64,000 nucleotides of DNA, taken from Hormiphora californensis (taxonomy: Eukaryota; Animalia; Ctenophora). Position 1 is the stretch's first letter; each line of letters starts with the position of its first letter. Position numbers and translations under genes: made by a program. Positions 40,501-52,282 of this stretch are shown piece by piece. The notes under the pieces are model-generated. The model searched no databases. It saw only the letters and a list, made by a program, of their open reading frames with translations, and was not told where the DNA came from. The DNA lies in the NCBI GenBank assembly GCA_020137815.1, contig CM035357.1:682001-746000 (forward strand), in the 5' to 3' direction.

Positions 40501-42393
40501 ACTGTACCTGTTGTCACCATGGCAACCACCCCCAGTTGAAGTGAGGTGATTATAAGACACCTAATAGTAGATAATAATAACGATCTTTGAGATCTCATCT
40601 TTTTAAGAATAGTCGCAGGTCTCTACGATTCTACCAGAATCACACTACAAATACTAAAATCTCTAGACTTGTCTCCTTACATTGTCTTTGTTTTTACTCT
40701 CGCTTCCGCTGCCATTTTGGACTATCACCGCACATAAATTGCCAGTTCTTCTTCTCCCAACTACCCAATTTCTGTAAACACTACCCCCACCCCCGGCCTT
40801 GTTTAGTAAATGTCCCGACACACGTCTATTTCGGCAAATTTGTACTGGCCTCAAGCTTCTACTTTCCACCTCCCACCACCTCCGCCCCTCCCCTCCGCCC
40901 CACCCACCTCCCCCACCCTGGCCCTTCCCAATTTAGAGCAGTTTCTTATATACCTCGCTACAGAGACAATCCTTGTGTTTTGGTGCACTAAGTCGCTTAT
41001 CGCGTGTAACAACTCACAAATTGTCTTATCTGCCCCGCCCTTATTTGTGTTTAATCGTTCTCGTGTATCTTTACCTCTACTGTAAAAGATATACCTCTCA
41101 TCTCATCACCAAGACGTCACAGTTAGTACCCATCACATCCATCAAGGTCGTAAGTTTGTCAGTCCGTACTGTTTGTTGTTGATACACCGCTCACCAATAC
41201 TCGCTCAATATCACACATACATATAAAGCCCTTTCACGGTCGCAATTCAAGTTTTAATCACATGACTAATTAGAGCAGACATAGGTCGAGACGCTCGCTC
41301 AAATCCATCATCATCCACAACCACTCGAAACCGTGTAAAAACCAATGTTTTTCATTTCGACAGTTCACTAGTATTTCTAGTCAATTACCGCATTTCATTC
41401 ACTAAATGCTTGATCGCTCATTTAAAATCCACTATCACGCACCATCGCACTAAACTGTGTATTCGCTCAATAAAAGAAAATCACCAGAGTCGCTCAAAAA
41501 TTGCGTAAACTGTTGTTTCACTTCTAATTTTATGTTGATCACAATTCACTCATTCAATGTTTTTATTTAAGATTCGTTAATGATTTCATTCCAAACACAT
41601 TCATGATTCATTCATAATTTGTTAATGTTTCATATGTTTATATATTGTACATGTACACCTTATTTTATTATTGATGAGAATATTATATAATGATTTGATT
41701 TGATTAGCTTTGATTGATTGTTACAATTTAACTTTAAGATCTAGAAGTATGATTTCATATTCTTTCACCGACGACAGACAGAAGACGATCTGGTGGTGAT
41801 TCCGAAAGGATGATCCGGCACTATGCTGTCTCGCCTGTTCGGCGAGACTTGGCTGTGTGACTGTTTACAGTCCCAGATGAGTGGTCCAAACCAAACCAAA
41901 CCAAACTAAAATCTCAATTCAGGTGGAGCAAGGCCACGTGAAGCAGCGGCTGAGTCAATAAAACGGATCGCTAAGAAATACCCCGAATTTTCTGGGGCTT
42001 TAGTTGCCGCTAGTAAGTATAGTTGATGACACTGTGTGTCAGACTCACAGTGTGTCAGACACACGGTAGCGCTACTTCAATTGTTCATTGTTTGTTTTTC
42101 AAGTGCCAACAATCAACTTATAATACAAGTTATAATACATAGCAACTGTGTGTTTACATCCTATCTCTGTAACACAACAATCATTGTCTTGGTAATAAAA
42201 TTACCCCTCCGTTATAATAGCTCCAATAAAAGGGGTGACTTCGTAACACAACAATCCAGGTAAAGATGGGGTATACGGTGCAGCTTGTCACGGGTTTTCC
42301 CACTTCGCATACTCGGTACGGGATTTGGAAAGTAAAGAAACACGTTTGGTGAAAATGAAGTGCTCAAAAAAAGATGATATTTTGGATATTTGA
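34568..42393 (+). CDS. AGA: N(4)-(beta-N-acetylglucosaminyl)-L-asparaginase. Exons 34568-34616 (alternative 34255-34309), 34764-34870, 35911-36054, 37315-37470, 39925-40058, 40245-40474, 41923-42012, 42260-42393
   Basis: Signal peptide, [44 protein letters not shown]|TIG autoproteolysis site, [33 protein letters not shown]. All intron phases are compatible. Confidence 0.95.
34946..35204. mobile_element. ~260-bp palindromic MITE in AGA intron 2
   Basis: cagtggtcttccgacataattgcc...ggcaattatgtcggatgaccactg, arms of ~110 bp. Confidence 0.85.
35206..35957 (+). repeat. Tandem array of the AGA exon-3 acceptor plus the first 47 nt of the exon (5 decoys + the real site), 112-147-bp units
   Basis: tcAG|gtggttgcggggtgtactcagtgtgagatagatcagtgtgatcacac at 35251, 35398, 35542, 35686, 35799 and 35911. 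Confidence 0.93.
36409..37120. mobile_element. Dispersed repeat, possibly Helentron/HINE-like
   Basis: Begins aacaagaatt..tgcattatgtat.cataatgct (also at 54548) and ends near the hairpin gcaccgggcc-ttc-ggcccagtgc. Confidence 0.4.
37604..37776. mobile_element. TA-TSD MITE, related subfamily
   Basis: TA|cagtcggaccccgatttaggg...ccctaaatcggggtccgactg|TA. Confidence 0.85.
37984..39847. mobile_element. ~1.86-kb non-autonomous DNA transposon in AGA intron 4
   Basis: Perfect TIR tatggtcagtttaaattacgtctgtaca in a TA context; many internal CCCAACC-N2-TGTGGAGC motifs. Confidence 0.85.
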
Positions 42394-42728
42394 TGAACAG
42401 TTTGTTGCCGCATATTCGATTATATACAATATGTTTTTGAAGTTTTGTATGTTGATGTTTTGTATGTTTTATCTTTTTTGCTCAGAATATAACATTTAAC
42501 TATTATACAATTGAATGCTGCTGTTAGTGCTTTATACTCAGAATATCACTATGGAATGCTGTTTTTTCTCTGAGACCGTATCCGAGTTGGAATGCACTGC
42601 AGACCCCTCATGCACACACCCCCGCAACGAGGGGCCTGCAGCGTATGCCAAGTTGCCGAGTTGTTATTTATCTCCGATCTTTACAAAACTAATCCCCCTG
42701 ATTAGCGCTTGAATGCAAATGAACTCAA

Positions 42729-43756
42729 ATGTTATTTCGATACATCAAGAAGCGGCGTGCTGCAAAGAAGGCATCGAAACATTCAAAACAGTTAGATCGG
42801 GAAATACGTTGCTCACGCTCCAAACGGACTATCAATCTTTACATAACAGGGAATGGTGAAGGACATCTGAAACTCTTTGTTCAGCTGATCAGACTATTAG
42901 ATGACAAGAAGTATGAGGCAGAGAAGGGGCGTGCGGGGGGAGAGGAGGAGCTGATTGAATGGAGAAGGAAGGAGATTCCAGTAATTTGGGAGGAGGAAGT
43001 AGAGTGGAATAGGGTTAAACTTCGTCTGGTTGCCCTGCCTTGTGATACAGGTAATAGTTATTGCAGCATGGTCATGTTATTAGTAAACATTGATTGTTAT
43101 TCTGAAATTATTCAATTCAATACCCCAATAATGGAACCCCCCCCCCCCCCCTAGGCCCTAATAATACAATCCCCCCTAATAATGCAACCCACTCACCTCC
43201 CTCCCATTAATTTTACCAGGAACCGACCGAATCAGGAAATACTGGTCCCTGATTGGCTGATAACCAGTCACGTTACCTAAATAGCGAGTTCTGATTGGTT
43301 GTTTACTTGTGTCGGTTGGTTCCTGAATTTTACCCCTCACCAGGACAAAGAAGACGGTTATTCCTAGAACGGGCAGACGATACTGTAATCCTTGTAGCCG
43401 ATACCACTCTATACCTCTCAGCGACGCATTACAACCAAGATATGGAGTTACTAGACCGACTTATCCGAAATGGGTTATCAGTGGTCGTCCTATTTCACGG
43501 TCTAACTGAGGATTATGCAGTAAAACTAGCAGGAACACCACATATTGAGTGTGAGCACCACACAATGGACTCTGTGAAAGAGGTCCTTTTCAAGAAAATC
43601 GATGAGAACAATAAGTCTTTCATGCAAGTTGTTTGTCATTTTCTGCAACTTGATGATATGCTTGCTTTGCAGGTTTTTTGGAAAGAGCTGCTAGGTTTTA
43701 TGATGAGTTGTAAATGTTGTTCTTATCTTAGCAGAAAGGGTATTGACTTGACTTGA
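42729..43756 (+). CDS. Divergent G-alpha-like protein lacking the helical domain, exons 42729-43050 and 43344-43756 (244 aa)
   Basis: ASKHSKQLDREIR (alphaN), INLYITGNGEG (beta1/P-loop position), RRKEIPVIWEEEVEWNRVKLRLVAL (switch I-beta2-beta3), TVILVAD, LSVVVLF, VCHFLQLDD..LQVFW (beta6-alpha5). Phase-1 GT-AG intron. Aligned by eye. Confidence 0.65.
43217..43325 (+). mobile_element. hAT-type MITE with perfect 8-bp TSD
   Basis: AATTTTAC|caggaaccgacc...ggttcctg|AATTTTAC. Confidence 0.9.
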
Positions 43757-44038
43757 CTTGACTTGACTTGACTTGACTTGACTTGACTTGACTTGACTTG
43801 ACTTGACTTGACTTGACTTGACTTGACTTGACTTGACTTGACTTGACCTGACTTGACTTGACTTGACTTGACCTGACCTGACTTGACTTGACTTGACTTG
43901 ACTTGACTTGACTTGACTTGACTTGACTTGACTTGACTTGACTTGATTTGACTTGACTTGACTTGACTTGACTTGACCTGACTTGACTTGACTTGACTTG
44001 ACTTGACTTGACTTGACTTGACTTGACTTGACTTGACT
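43743..44038. repeat. (TTGAC)n satellite; second tract at 50995-51076
   Basis: Read directly. Confidence 0.95.
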
Positions 44039-44169
44039 CCCGGTGGTGGCAAACAATTTGAAGCTGCCGGGAATGACCGGAGAATGACAAAAAAAGTTGC
44101 CGATTTTTCAATTTTACGATTGTGACAATCCCTGTTTAGTTTTATAAATTAACGAACAATTATAATACC

Positions 44170-44391
44170 AATTTAGAGCAAAAACTAATTGAAATTAGTT
44201 CGCCAGAAAGGTGGCCCATTTTGAACTTATACTCCTTCATTTCCGTCACCTTTGAGTTGAGGCTTCAAAGACATTGAGGTATCCGTATACTTTTCCGCCT
44301 TCAACTCAAAGGTGACGGAAATGAAGGAGTATAAGTTCAAAATGGGCCACCTTTCTGGCGAACTAATTTCAATTAGTTTTTGCTCTAAATT
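44170..44391. repeat. Perfect inverted repeat with ~89-bp arms
   Basis: aatttagagcaaaaac...tttgagttga / tcaactcaaa...gtttttgctctaaatt. Confidence 0.9.
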
Positions 44392-45399
44392 TGTACTCCT
44401 TTTTTGGTCGTTTGAGGTCATTTATGACCTCAAACAACTAAGATAATTGTCAACTAAAGTGTTCAAATGTAATTCAAATGTATCCTGGGTTGTAGGAAAC
44501 TGATTTGACGAGATTTTCAAAATTCGACGTCGTTTTGACGTCGTGACGTCACATGTGACGTCACGACGACGTAAAAAATTATGACAGACTATTTGGCCAA
44601 TGAAGCACTAAACGTGTGAAAAGTTTTAAAGGCCATGGTAGTCAAGAACTGAAGTTATTGCACGAAATGTGAGTTTTTATGTGGATTTTCAAATCAAATT
44701 TTTGAGTTCCGACGCGTTTTAGGGTCTAAAAATGACAAGTTAGAGAAATTCGCTATATAGTATCTGAAAGTTCAGACAATTTGCCACTAACGATTTTCCG
44801 TCAAATCAGGAATTGGAAAATGTCTTGAGGGTGCTAGCGGCGTTTTAAAATATTTGGTCTGATATTTTTCAATGACGTCACTTTGTGACGTCATTAATCC
44901 CGTCATAGTGGACATTTTCACTTGAAACCTTAACTAATGCATGCCCCGAACGATTTCCTAACAGATAAAACTTAGTTCAAGTCTCTAGCTAGTATGGTTC
45001 GGGCTACAAGTGTTACACAGTGAAGCGTCTATATCTATATATCTATCTATATATATATATACCTATCGCCACACTGAATTTTCTGTTTTGGGGGTGGTGT
45101 CATAACTTGCGACCCGACTGAGCTAGCTACTTCAAATTTTTACCGTCAGTAGAGGTCTATGTGAAGCTTCTTAGTACCAAATTTCAGCCTCCTAGCTCAT
45201 CTGGTTCCGGAGTTAGGAGGGGTCGAAAAGTGCCAAAATGGGCTAAAACTTCAAAATTGTTATATCTACGCTGTTGGCAAGCGGGCCCACTTTTTCGGGA
45301 AAAGTTTTTGGGGGATGGGATGGGGCCACCTTTGCGCTTGCCAGCGCAGTGATTACCTCCCTCCCTCATTTATAAATGCTTGTTTATGCAAACAAATAA

Positions 45400-48300
45400 A
45401 ATAAAAGAATAAACGTGTAAAAATGAAACTACAGTTTTTTACTCCCTCTCCGGGGAGGGCAGGACCACTATGTCTGGAGACTCTCTCTCCGCCTCTCCGG
45501 TCCCTTCCTTCTCGGCCTCCCCGCGGTGATCTTCCCTCCGGCCTCTTTCGTATCTCAGGGTCACCTGCGTGAGGCCTTGGACTCTCGTCCATTGCCTCAT
45601 GAACTCCCTGAGAGCTTCGGGAGCCCTCGGATCCACGGGGTAGTAGGCCCCCTGGTCGGTGCTCTGCCCCGGCACAGCCCGTTGGTAGGGGTGGGCTCTA
45701 CCGGATCTCCTCCTGGGCCTCACCACCGCGACTGGTGGTCTTCTCTCCTCTCGCGAGGGTTGCTCCTCCTCGGTAGGCCGGGCTGGCTCTCCACTCCTGA
45801 CGTCGGGGAGAACAGTCAGTAGCCCCTATATTTCAATTCTATGGGGCCTTTTGCCACCCTTTACGGACAGCGACTTCTACCTACACTCACGTGGTTGTCG
45901 ATGACACTACCAGGTACTGCAGGGCCACCTCCGCTTCTTCTGTCACCTCCTGTTCTTCGTCCGGGTTGGACTGTGGTATGGCCTTCTCCTCCCTGAGGGC
46001 CTTCGATGGCCCCTCCCTCTCAGAGGCGGTCCCCTCTCTCCCGGCATTCTCTGAAAGGGGTGAAATTGGTCAGTAGGGCGGAGGGGTATCGGAAAAGAGG
46101 AGGGGGTATCGAGGGGGTATCAGACGGGTGATTGATATTCATTAGTTTTCCTCCCTTTTTCCCCTCTATTAATGCTCTTTTATATGAACAAATAAAATCA
46201 AATAAAAGAATAAACGTGTAAAAATGAAACTACATTTTTTACTCCCTCTCCGGGGAGGGCAGGACCACTATGTCTGGAGACTCTCTCTCCGCCTCTCCGG
46301 TCCCTTCCTCCTCGGCCTCCCCGCGGTGATCTTCCCTCCGGCCTCTTTCGTATCTCAGGGTCACGTGCGTGAGGCCCTGGACTCTCGTCCATTGCCTCAT
46401 GAACTCCCTGAGAGCTTCGGGAGCCCTCGGATCCACGGGGTAGTAGGCCCCCTGGTCAGTGCCCTGCCCCGGCACCTCCCGTTGGTAGGGGTGGGCTCTA
46501 CCGGATCTCCTCCTGGGCCTCACCACCGCGACTGGTGGTCTTCTCTCCTCTCGCGAGGGTTGCTCCTCCTCGGTAGGCCGGGCTGGTTCTCCAATCCTGA
46601 GGACAGAGAGAACAGTCAGTAGCCCCTATATTTTAATTCTATGGGGCCTTTTGCCACCCTTTACGGACAGCGACTTCTACCTACACTCACGTGGTTGTCG
46701 ATGACACTACCAGGTACTGCAGGGCCACATCCGCTTCTTCTGTCACCTCCTGTTCTTCGTCCGGGTTGGACTGTGGTATGGCCTTCTCCTCCCTGAGGGC
46801 CTTCGATGGCCCCTCCCTCTCAGAGGCGGTCCCCTCTCTCCCGGCATTCTCTGAAAGGGGTGAAATTGGTCAGTAGGGCGGAGGGGTATCGGAAAAGAGG
46901 AGGGGGTATCGAAGGGGTATCAGACGGGTGATTGATATTCATTAGTTTTCCTCCCTTTTTCCCCTCTATCAATGCTCTTTTATATGAACAACAAAATCAA
47001 ATAAACGAACAAAAGTATAAAAGAAACTACATTTTTTTACTCCCTCTCCGGGGAGGGCAGGACCACTATGTCTGGAGACTCTCTCTCCGCCTCTCCGGTC
47101 CCTTCCTCCTCGGCCTCCCCGCGGCGATCTTCCCTCCGGCCTCTTTCGTATCTCAGGGTCACCTGCGTGAGGCCTTGGATTCTCGTCCATTGCCTCAGGA
47201 ATTCACCGAGGGCTCCTGGACTCCTCGGATCTACGGGGTAGTAGACCCCCTGGTCTGTGCCCTGCCCCGGCACCTCCCTTTGGTAGGGGTGGGCTCTACC
47301 AGACCTCCTCCTTGGCCTTACTACCGCGACTGGTGGTCTCCTCTCCTCTCGCGAGGGTTGCTCCTCCTCGGTAGGCCGGGCTGGCTCTCCACTCCTGACG
47401 TCGGGGAGAACAGTCAGTAGCCCCTATATTTTAATTCTATGGGGCCTTTTGCCACCCTTTACTGACTACCTACTCTCACGTGGTTGTTGAAAACACTACC
47501 AGATACTGCAGGGCCTCCTCTTCGTCTTCTGTCACATCCTCGTCCGGCTCAGGGCTGGACTCGGAGGAGGTGCTATACCCTGTGTGGTCTTCCTCCATCT
47601 GTTCTCTGGGGAGAGTGACTAGTGCCTCCTGGGTACCACACTGACGGGATCGTCCAAGCCATCGAGAACCTGGGAGACCCTCGTAGCTAGCAGTATGAAC
47701 TCCTTGGGACGGTCTCGTAGGGCTAATTTGCCCTGTGAGCCTGCTCTCTTTCCTCCGGTCTCCACACTGTCACATAGTTTAAGGAGGTAGATGGCTGCTC
47801 CTCCAATGGCCCTGCACGCCCATTCTTCCGACCTGGGTTGGGATGAACCCATCTTGTAGATACCTACAATCTTGATCTCCAAGAGTGCGGTTACCCCCAG
47901 GTCTTCGAGATGGAGGGATTCTGTTGGGCCCACTGCCCATTCGTCCTCCAACCACACGAAATCGTGCAGCTCCCTTGCCATCCACTCCACTATGTACCTG
48001 ACCGTGAAGAGGGCTTCCCCGAGTGGACTGTAGCCCTTCGAACGCTACCCAGTCCGTACCCGGCCATTCTCTTTCAACAAGACTGGTCTCCCTCCCCTGC
48101 AGGAAGGTTCCCAGCCCCTCGAAGATGTGCCCCCATCTCATAATGGCCGAGTATCGGGCCGGTCCCTCCCCCACTAGAAAGTGGAGATTGATGTAACGCC
48201 CATAATGGACGTCGAAGGCCCGGCCTGCGACCCCTACCGGTGTGGCCCTCTCCCCCACCATCCAGGTGGCAGTGGCGGTGGCGGTGGCGGAGGTGGCGGT

Positions 48301-49200
48301 GTTCGTGGGGGTCTCCCGGGGGGGTCTCTTTGCGGGGTCCCTCTGTGGTATGGCCTTCTCCTCCCTGAGGGCCTTCGATGGCCCCTCCCTCTCAGAGGCC
48401 GTCCCCTCTCTCCTGGCATTCTCTGAAAGGGGTGAAATTGGTCAGTAGGGCGGAGGGGTATCGGAAAAGAGGAGGTGGTATCGAGGGGGTTTCAGACGGG
48501 TGATTGATATTCATTAGTTTTTCCTCCCTTTTTCCCCTCTATCAATGCTCTTTTATATGAACAAATAAAATCAAATAAGAGAACAAAAGTATAAAAAGAA
48601 CCTACAGTTTTTACTCCCTCTCCGGGGAGGGCAGGACCACTATGTCCGGAGACTCTCTCTCCGCCTCTCCGGTCCCTTCCTCCTCGGCCTCCCCGCGGTG
48701 ATCTTCCCTCCGGCCCCTTTCATATCTCAGGGTCACGTGCGTGAGGCCCTGGACTCTCGTCCATTGCCTCATGAACTCCCTGAGAGCTTCGGGAGCCCTC
48801 GGATCCACGGGGTAGTAGGCCCCCTGGTCGGTGCCCTGCCCCGGCACCTCCCGTTGGTAGGGGTGGGCTCTACCGGACCTCCTCCTGGGCCTCACCACCG
48901 CGACTGGTGGTCTTCTCTCCTCTCGCGAGGGTTGCTCCTCCTCGGTAGGCCGGGCTGGCTCTCCACTCCTGACGTCGGGGAGAACAGTCAGTAGCCCCTA
49001 TATTTTAATTCTATGGGGCCTTTTGCCACCCTTTACGGACAGCGACTCTACCTACACTCACGTGGTTGTCGATGACACTACCAGGTACTGCAGGGCCACC
49101 TCCGCTTCTTCTGTCACCTCCTGTTCTTCGTCCGGGTTGGACTCGGAGGAGCTGTCCCAGGGGTGGTCCGCGGTGGCTGCATCTGAGGGGAAAGAAGCAG
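45400..49200 (-). repeat. GC-rich tandem array of four spliced ORF cassettes (~800-bp period) plus one unique ~800-bp coding insert
   Basis: Paralogous terminal exons stop at 45439, 46239, 47037 and 48611; each follows an acidic exon ending ...LQYLVV.STTT|gtgag. Confidence 0.8.
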
Positions 49201-50084
49201 GTTTAGAATTCGTGACTCGGAGGATCCCTCTCTCTATCTCTCATTCCCTTCACCCCTTTCTGTACGGCGTGTGGGTTAATCTCAGTAGCTCAATCTGAGA
49301 TCATACATCATACAGCACCAGAATCCGTCCGAACAAGGTTCCCCTGTTCGGCTCACCTTTAAGTATGTTTGCCCAGGAGACAACGGTCTCCCATAGTAGT
49401 GGACTATTACGACAAGGATATTATGGACGCAATCAGTTGAGTATTCATTACAATCAACTATCTTCCCTCTGACTCACTATCAGCCTTACAACACGGGACA
49501 TGAATGAATGAATACCGTCGGGACAATACTTACGGCGGGGTTGGTACGGATCAAGTGGACAAGTGAGAGAAGTTCCTTCCGGGCGGGGGTTGGTCTGGTT
49601 GCGGCGTGGACTAAAGAAACTGTCGGTATCATTTACCCGCCGTATTTATACTCCCACCCTGGTTCCATCATCCCAATTCCCGGGAATTATTACCGTGTCC
49701 GATAGTGAAAGCCACAGGGTTGCCACATTTATTTTCTGTTCGTAGTATACTTACTGGTATTTCAGAACAACCATCCTATGGTAACGAAATACCCCATGCT
49801 TCTTCCGAACTGTTTCCCGCGGTCTCTCGTCAGGTAACTGATCTTGGGAAGACATGCTGTGCTAAAATCAGTCAGGTTAGGAATTAAATCATAAATTAAC
49901 CTGTGCACATTTTGATACCCTGGGGCATCGAATGCAACTGCAACCCCAACCGATTATATCTTTACAGACGTTTGCTACATGGCCCAGCTAGCCTTCCTAG
50001 ACACTGCAGCGGCTCAGGCCATCACCCGCATTGCTACCTTCAAGAAACAGCTGCTAGACCTTACCTGTCTCACCCCAGGCCTCT

Positions 50085-50307
50085 CAATGAGACTCATATC
50101 AAGCCATAGGATCTTGCAACACCCATTCTGTAGGTACAACCTCAGTCCTTCCTATTAGCTCTCAAGCCGTAGGGTTCCACGAAACCCTTTCTTGAGGTAC
50201 AACCTCAGACTTTTCGACCAGCTCTCATCTCTCAAGCCAGTGGCTTGAAGCCACAGGGTTCTACTAGACCCCTTGGCCCTTCTTGAGTACAACCTCAGAC
50301 CTTTCTA
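50085..50307. repeat. Degenerate ~60-bp tandem repeats
   Basis: tcaagcc.(t/c)aggg/att...ttct..(g)gtacaacctcag repeated 3-4 times. Confidence 0.6.
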
Positions 50308-50416
50308 TAGGAACCGACCGAATCTGGAAATACTGGTCCCTGATTGGCTGATAACTAGTCACGTGACCGAAATAACGAGTTCTGATTGGTTGTTTACTTG
50401 TTTCGGTCGGTTCCTG
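50308..50416 (+). mobile_element. hAT-type MITE with perfect 8-bp TSD
   Basis: CCTTTCTA|taggaaccgacc...ggttcctg|CCTTTCTA. Confidence 0.9.
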
Positions 50417-50779
50417 CCTTTCTACCAGGTATCAAGAGAGAATACTTTCGCCTATTCACTAAGCAAAATGTAAAATGCAACATGCTAGCAAAATGCAGTC
50501 AGAGACAGCAAACTACCACGTTTTATAGTTACCCGGCAAGTGCACCACTCCTAATTAAAACTGGCTTATTTTCTTTTCCGTGTTATATAACCACAGCTGC
50601 CCAGCGAATTATAAATAATTAGGGTGGGCAGTGCATACTATATTGCGCTATAACTCCACTCAACATATATCATGAGCTTACATGACAACGAAGGAACTAT
50701 GAAGCGGTTAGCAGTGTCCTGTTCTGCGATTGGCTCCTGGGCGAGAGAAGCACTTCACGTTACTGATTTCTTTACCTTA

Positions 50780-51009
50780 AGGTGCTTTCTCTAGTTGTTT
50801 TTTCGACTAGAGAGAGAGCCGAGGTTTTCACAGAGACAGATTCACCCAAAATAACGATGTTCTTTAATGAACAACATGGGTTCGTTATTTTCTTGTTTGT
50901 ACCTGGAAACAACTGGATGTTATCTGTTTCTTCAAGTCACGTTTATTTTTGGAAAGATCTGTTAGATTTTTGTTCTTATCTTAGCAGAAAGGGTATTGAC
51001 CTGACTTGA
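50780..51009 (+). pseudogene. Degraded second copy of the 3' end of the G-alpha-like gene
   Basis: FWKDLLDF-CSYLSRKGIDLT versus FWKELLGF...CSYLSRKGIDLT, followed by the same (TTGAC)n; similarity decays upstream. Confidence 0.55.
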
Positions 51010-51301
51010 CTTGACTTGACTTGACTTGACTTGACTTGACTTGACTTGACTTGACTTGACTTGACTTGACTTGACTAAGCCCTAATAAGGTCGAGTGTTG
51101 TTCTCGAGAATGTATAAATCTTTAGTTTGGTGTTATTGAGACTTTTATAAATTCCGTTTTTATGTGTGTAAATTGTAGTTCCGTATTTTAGTATTTGTTT
51201 TTAGTACATTGTAAATTGCTATTTTATCGTTGTTAAATTCATTAAACTTATTTTCAGTTCTCATGGAAAATATTAAATATTATCCTCTCCGCCCTTCAGG
51301 T

Positions 51302-52282
51302 ATGCTATGTCGTATTATAACACCTCCCGCCCGTCAACTGGTCCGCAACAGCAGCACCAAGACAACAAAAGTGGCATTCTTCGGAGACAAAACACTTGAT
51401 CCCAATCTAATTCCCGAGGAAGAATCAGTGGGCACTGCTCTCAGTACCGCAGTTGAAAGTGTCAGTAACTCCACCCTCGCATCCCTCCCTGTTGACACGT
51501 TGACCGGCCTGGCGAGTGTCACCCTGATCCTGGGTGCGGGGGTGGTGATCCGAGGATCTTATTCTGCCATCACCCAGGTATGGCTTGCACGGAACCTTCA
51601 GGACACCCTTCCACACCAACGATGGGTGTATCCAAGGAAAATGGCGCTGACGTTCTGGAGTAGGAAGAATGTGCCTGAAAAGGTGGCTGAGATACGGCGG
51701 GAAATTCAAAAGTATAAAGAGGATAATAACATTAAATTGATGCCTAACACCCTACGAATGGCTTCCCTCTCAATGTCTTGTCTATTGGCAGGATTTAACT
51801 GTATTTGGCTGGGTTTTACCATCCCCCACCTTGAGGGAACCTCATTCTTGTGGATACCTGACGTCACACAGACGGATCCTTACCATTCGTTATTACTCCT
51901 GAACAGTCTCTGTTCCTACGGGCTATACAGGTCCTATCTTAGAGACACATACCCCTTGAAGCGACCAAATGATCCAAATGATCCCGATAGACCTCAATCT
52001 AGTTTAGCACTTGGTGCCTGTGGCGCAGGAGTGTCTCTCTACATGCTATCCACTATCCCAGTACCTGCAATATTCCCACTATTTTGGACCATTTCAAATA
52101 TGACAGCGATACCTATATCCCTCATGGTAACCCGTTATAACCCAGTCCGGTCCAAATTGGGGCTGTGTGACAGAGACTCGTTTGAGCACATGTTACATAA
52201 GTCCCGTATTCCGAGCGTGAAGTCACAGGAGAGAGAGGAGGAAAGACTCAGAAAGGAATATGAGAGATGGAGAGATGGTTAA
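51302..52282 (+). CDS. COX18: OXA1/COX18 (YidC-family) mitochondrial insertase, COX18-like, intronless
   Basis: Arg/Ser-rich presequence MLCRII...LVRNSS; LILGAGVVIRG; FLWIPDVTQTDPY; PAIFPLFWTISN. ATG directly after cttcag|gt. Confidence 0.75.
   Translation: MLCRIITPPARQLVRNSSTKTTKVAFFGDKTLDPNLIPEEESVGTALSTAVESVSNSTLASLPVDTLTGLASVTLILGAGVVIRGSYSAITQVWLARNLQDTLPHQRWVYPRKMALTFWSRKNVPEKVAEIRREIQKYKEDNNIKLMPNTLRMASLSMSCLLAGFNCIWLGFTIPHLEGTSFLWIPDVTQTDPYHSLLLLNSLCSYGLYRSYLRDTYPLKRPNDPNDPDRPQSSLALGACGAGVSLYMLSTIPVPAIFPLFWTISNMTAIPISLMVTRYNPVRSKLGLCDRDSFEHMLHKSRIPSVKSQEREEERLRKEYERWRDG

Noticed and set aside
43691-44111. (VKSSQ)n ORFs
   Set aside because: Translation of the (TTGAC)n satellite.
45010-45352. 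Helentron/HINE-like element
   Set aside because: A microsatellite and a terminal hairpin are suggestive, but the boundaries and a second copy could not be established.
48234-48419. Arg/Pro-rich protamine- or capsid-like ORF MPGERGR...
   Set aside because: The alternative frame (ENARREG...) stays open and fuses in frame with the acidic exon in the sister cassettes, so it is the likelier coding frame.
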